The notes under the pieces: model-generated
Database searches by the model: none
What the model was told of the DNA's origin: nothing
The model's input: only the letters and a program-made list of their open reading frames with translations
In this document: one piece after another, positions 24,633-25,681 of the stretch
Position numbering within the stretch: position 1 is the first letter of the stretch
Layout of the letters: each line of letters opens with the position of its first letter
Source: Candidatus Rokuibacteriota bacterium
Lineage (GTDB): Bacteria > Methylomirabilota > Methylomirabilia > Rokubacteriales > CSP1-6
NCBI GenBank assembly: GCA_016184305.1
Contig: JACPCX010000188.1
Span: 1 to 25,681 of the forward strand
Length of the DNA: 25,681 nucleotides
Reading direction: 5' to 3'
Program-made: the position numbers and the translations under genes

Positions 24633-25681
24633 GGAACTGTAACGAAATAACTGAGTGGGTTTCTGATCGCGACAATGTATTCTTTCTCTCGTGGAACGAC
24701 AGGTCCTACGGCAGAAGTACTCAGCCCTCGCGCCTGCGCTGAACGAACGCAGTCGGAGACTGTGGGCGGCGACCGAGGCGAAGGCGATAGGACATGGCGG
24801 CATCGCGTGTGTGGAGCGCGCCGTTGCGATCTCGCGCTCGACCATCAGTCGTGGGATCAAGGAATTAGCATTCGCCCAGAAACCACTGGATGCGGCTCAT
24901 ATTCGCAGGCCCGGTGGGGGGCGCAAGAGCACGGCGCAGAACGATCCGACACTGAGGACAGACCTGGAGGCGCTGGTGGAGCCCGCTGTTGCGGGCGACC
25001 CCCAATCGCCGTTGCGCTGGACGTCCAAGAGTCTGCGCAAGCTGGCGGCCGAACTCCAGGCGATGGGACACACGACCAGCCACCGAATGGGCGCCGCATT
25101 GTTGTCAGAGGCGGAGTACAGTCTACAGGCGAATCGCAAGTCGGTGGAGGAAGGGAAGCGTCATCCCGATCGGGACGGGCAATTTCGCTACATCAACGAG
25201 CACGTTCGACGATTTCAGCGCATCCGCCAACCCGTCATCTCCGTGGATACCAAGAAGAAGGAACTCGTCGGAGATTTCAAAAACACGGGCAAGGAATGGC
25301 GGCCGAAAGGGGAGCCGGAGCCTGTGCGGGTGCATGACTTTCTCATTGAGGAGAGCGGCAAGGCTGCCCCGTATGGGGTCTACGATCTCACACGCAACGT
25401 CGGGTGGGTCAGCGTCGGCATTGATCACGATACGGCGAGCTTTGCGGTCAGAACGATTCGGCGGTGGTGGCAGGTCATGGGGCGACCGAGATATCCGCAC
25501 GCCAAGGAACTGCTCATTACGGCAGATTCTGGGGGAAGCAACGGAGCCCGTGTCCGGTTGTGGAAGTGGGAGCTCCAGAAGCTCGCCAATGCGATGGGCA
25601 AGGCCATCACCGTCTGCCACCTTCCTCCGGGAACCAGCAAATGGAACAAGATCGAGCATCGGCTCTTTTCCTACATCAGCA
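24633..25681 (+). mobile_element. ISAzo13-family insertion sequence (left part)
   Basis: AT-rich terminus (TAA)GGAACTGTAACGAAATAA followed by the transposase; right end is outside the window. Confidence 0.8.
24691..25680 (+). CDS. ISAzo13-family DDE transposase, 3' partial
   Basis: Frame from GTG 24691 contains LNERSRRLWAATEA, RRPGGGRK, PLRWTSKS, HPDRDGQF, ISVDTKKKE, TADSGGSNG and PPGTSKWNKIEHRLF; no stop seen before the window end. Confidence 0.92.
   Translation, partial: MERQVLRQKYSALAPALNERSRRLWAATEAKAIGHGGIACVERAVAISRSTISRGIKELAFAQKPLDAAHIRRPGGGRKSTAQNDPTLRTDLEALVEPAVAGDPQSPLRWTSKSLRKLAAELQAMGHTTSHRMGAALLSEAEYSLQANRKSVEEGKRHPDRDGQFRYINEHVRRFQRIRQPVISVDTKKKELVGDFKNTGKEWRPKGEPEPVRVHDFLIEESGKAAPYGVYDLTRNVGWVSVGIDHDTASFAVRTIRRWWQVMGRPRYPHAKELLITADSGGSNGARVRLWKWELQKLANAMGKAITVCHLPPGTSKWNKIEHRLFSYIS

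Overview
High-GC bacterial DNA in two parts. Left part (1-17.4 kb) is accessory metabolism and regulation. It holds the 5' end of a YitJ/MetH-type homocysteine methyltransferase and a KimA/YdaO-like APC transporter divergent from a small membrane protein, an N-terminally shortened KdpD and KdpE (with 11-bp-phased candidate operator repeats). It continues with an MFS transporter, a PrdB/GrdB-like selenoprotein (in-frame UGA in a UxxC motif plus a SECIS-like hairpin; split in two by the ORF track), a Zn-dependent dehydrogenase and an AidB-like acyl-CoA dehydrogenase. It ends with a + strand cluster: HisD/HpsN-like dehydrogenase, non-pyrrolysine MttB, corrinoid protein, DUF364 protein, collapsed TPP enzyme, cupin and an OYE-type flavo/Fe-S oxidoreductase. 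Right part (17.5-25.7 kb) is a minus-strand integron gene-cassette array with seven attC sites and no integrase in the window. Its cargo is a SIR2-like protein, a HEAT/LRV-repeat membrane protein, three toxin-antitoxin pairs, an apparently empty cassette, a RelE-like remnant and a gene truncated by an ISAzo13-family element. A degenerate IS1111-type (IS110 family) element sits precisely inside the GTTAGGC core of one attC site. All family calls come from recalled motifs, not database searches.
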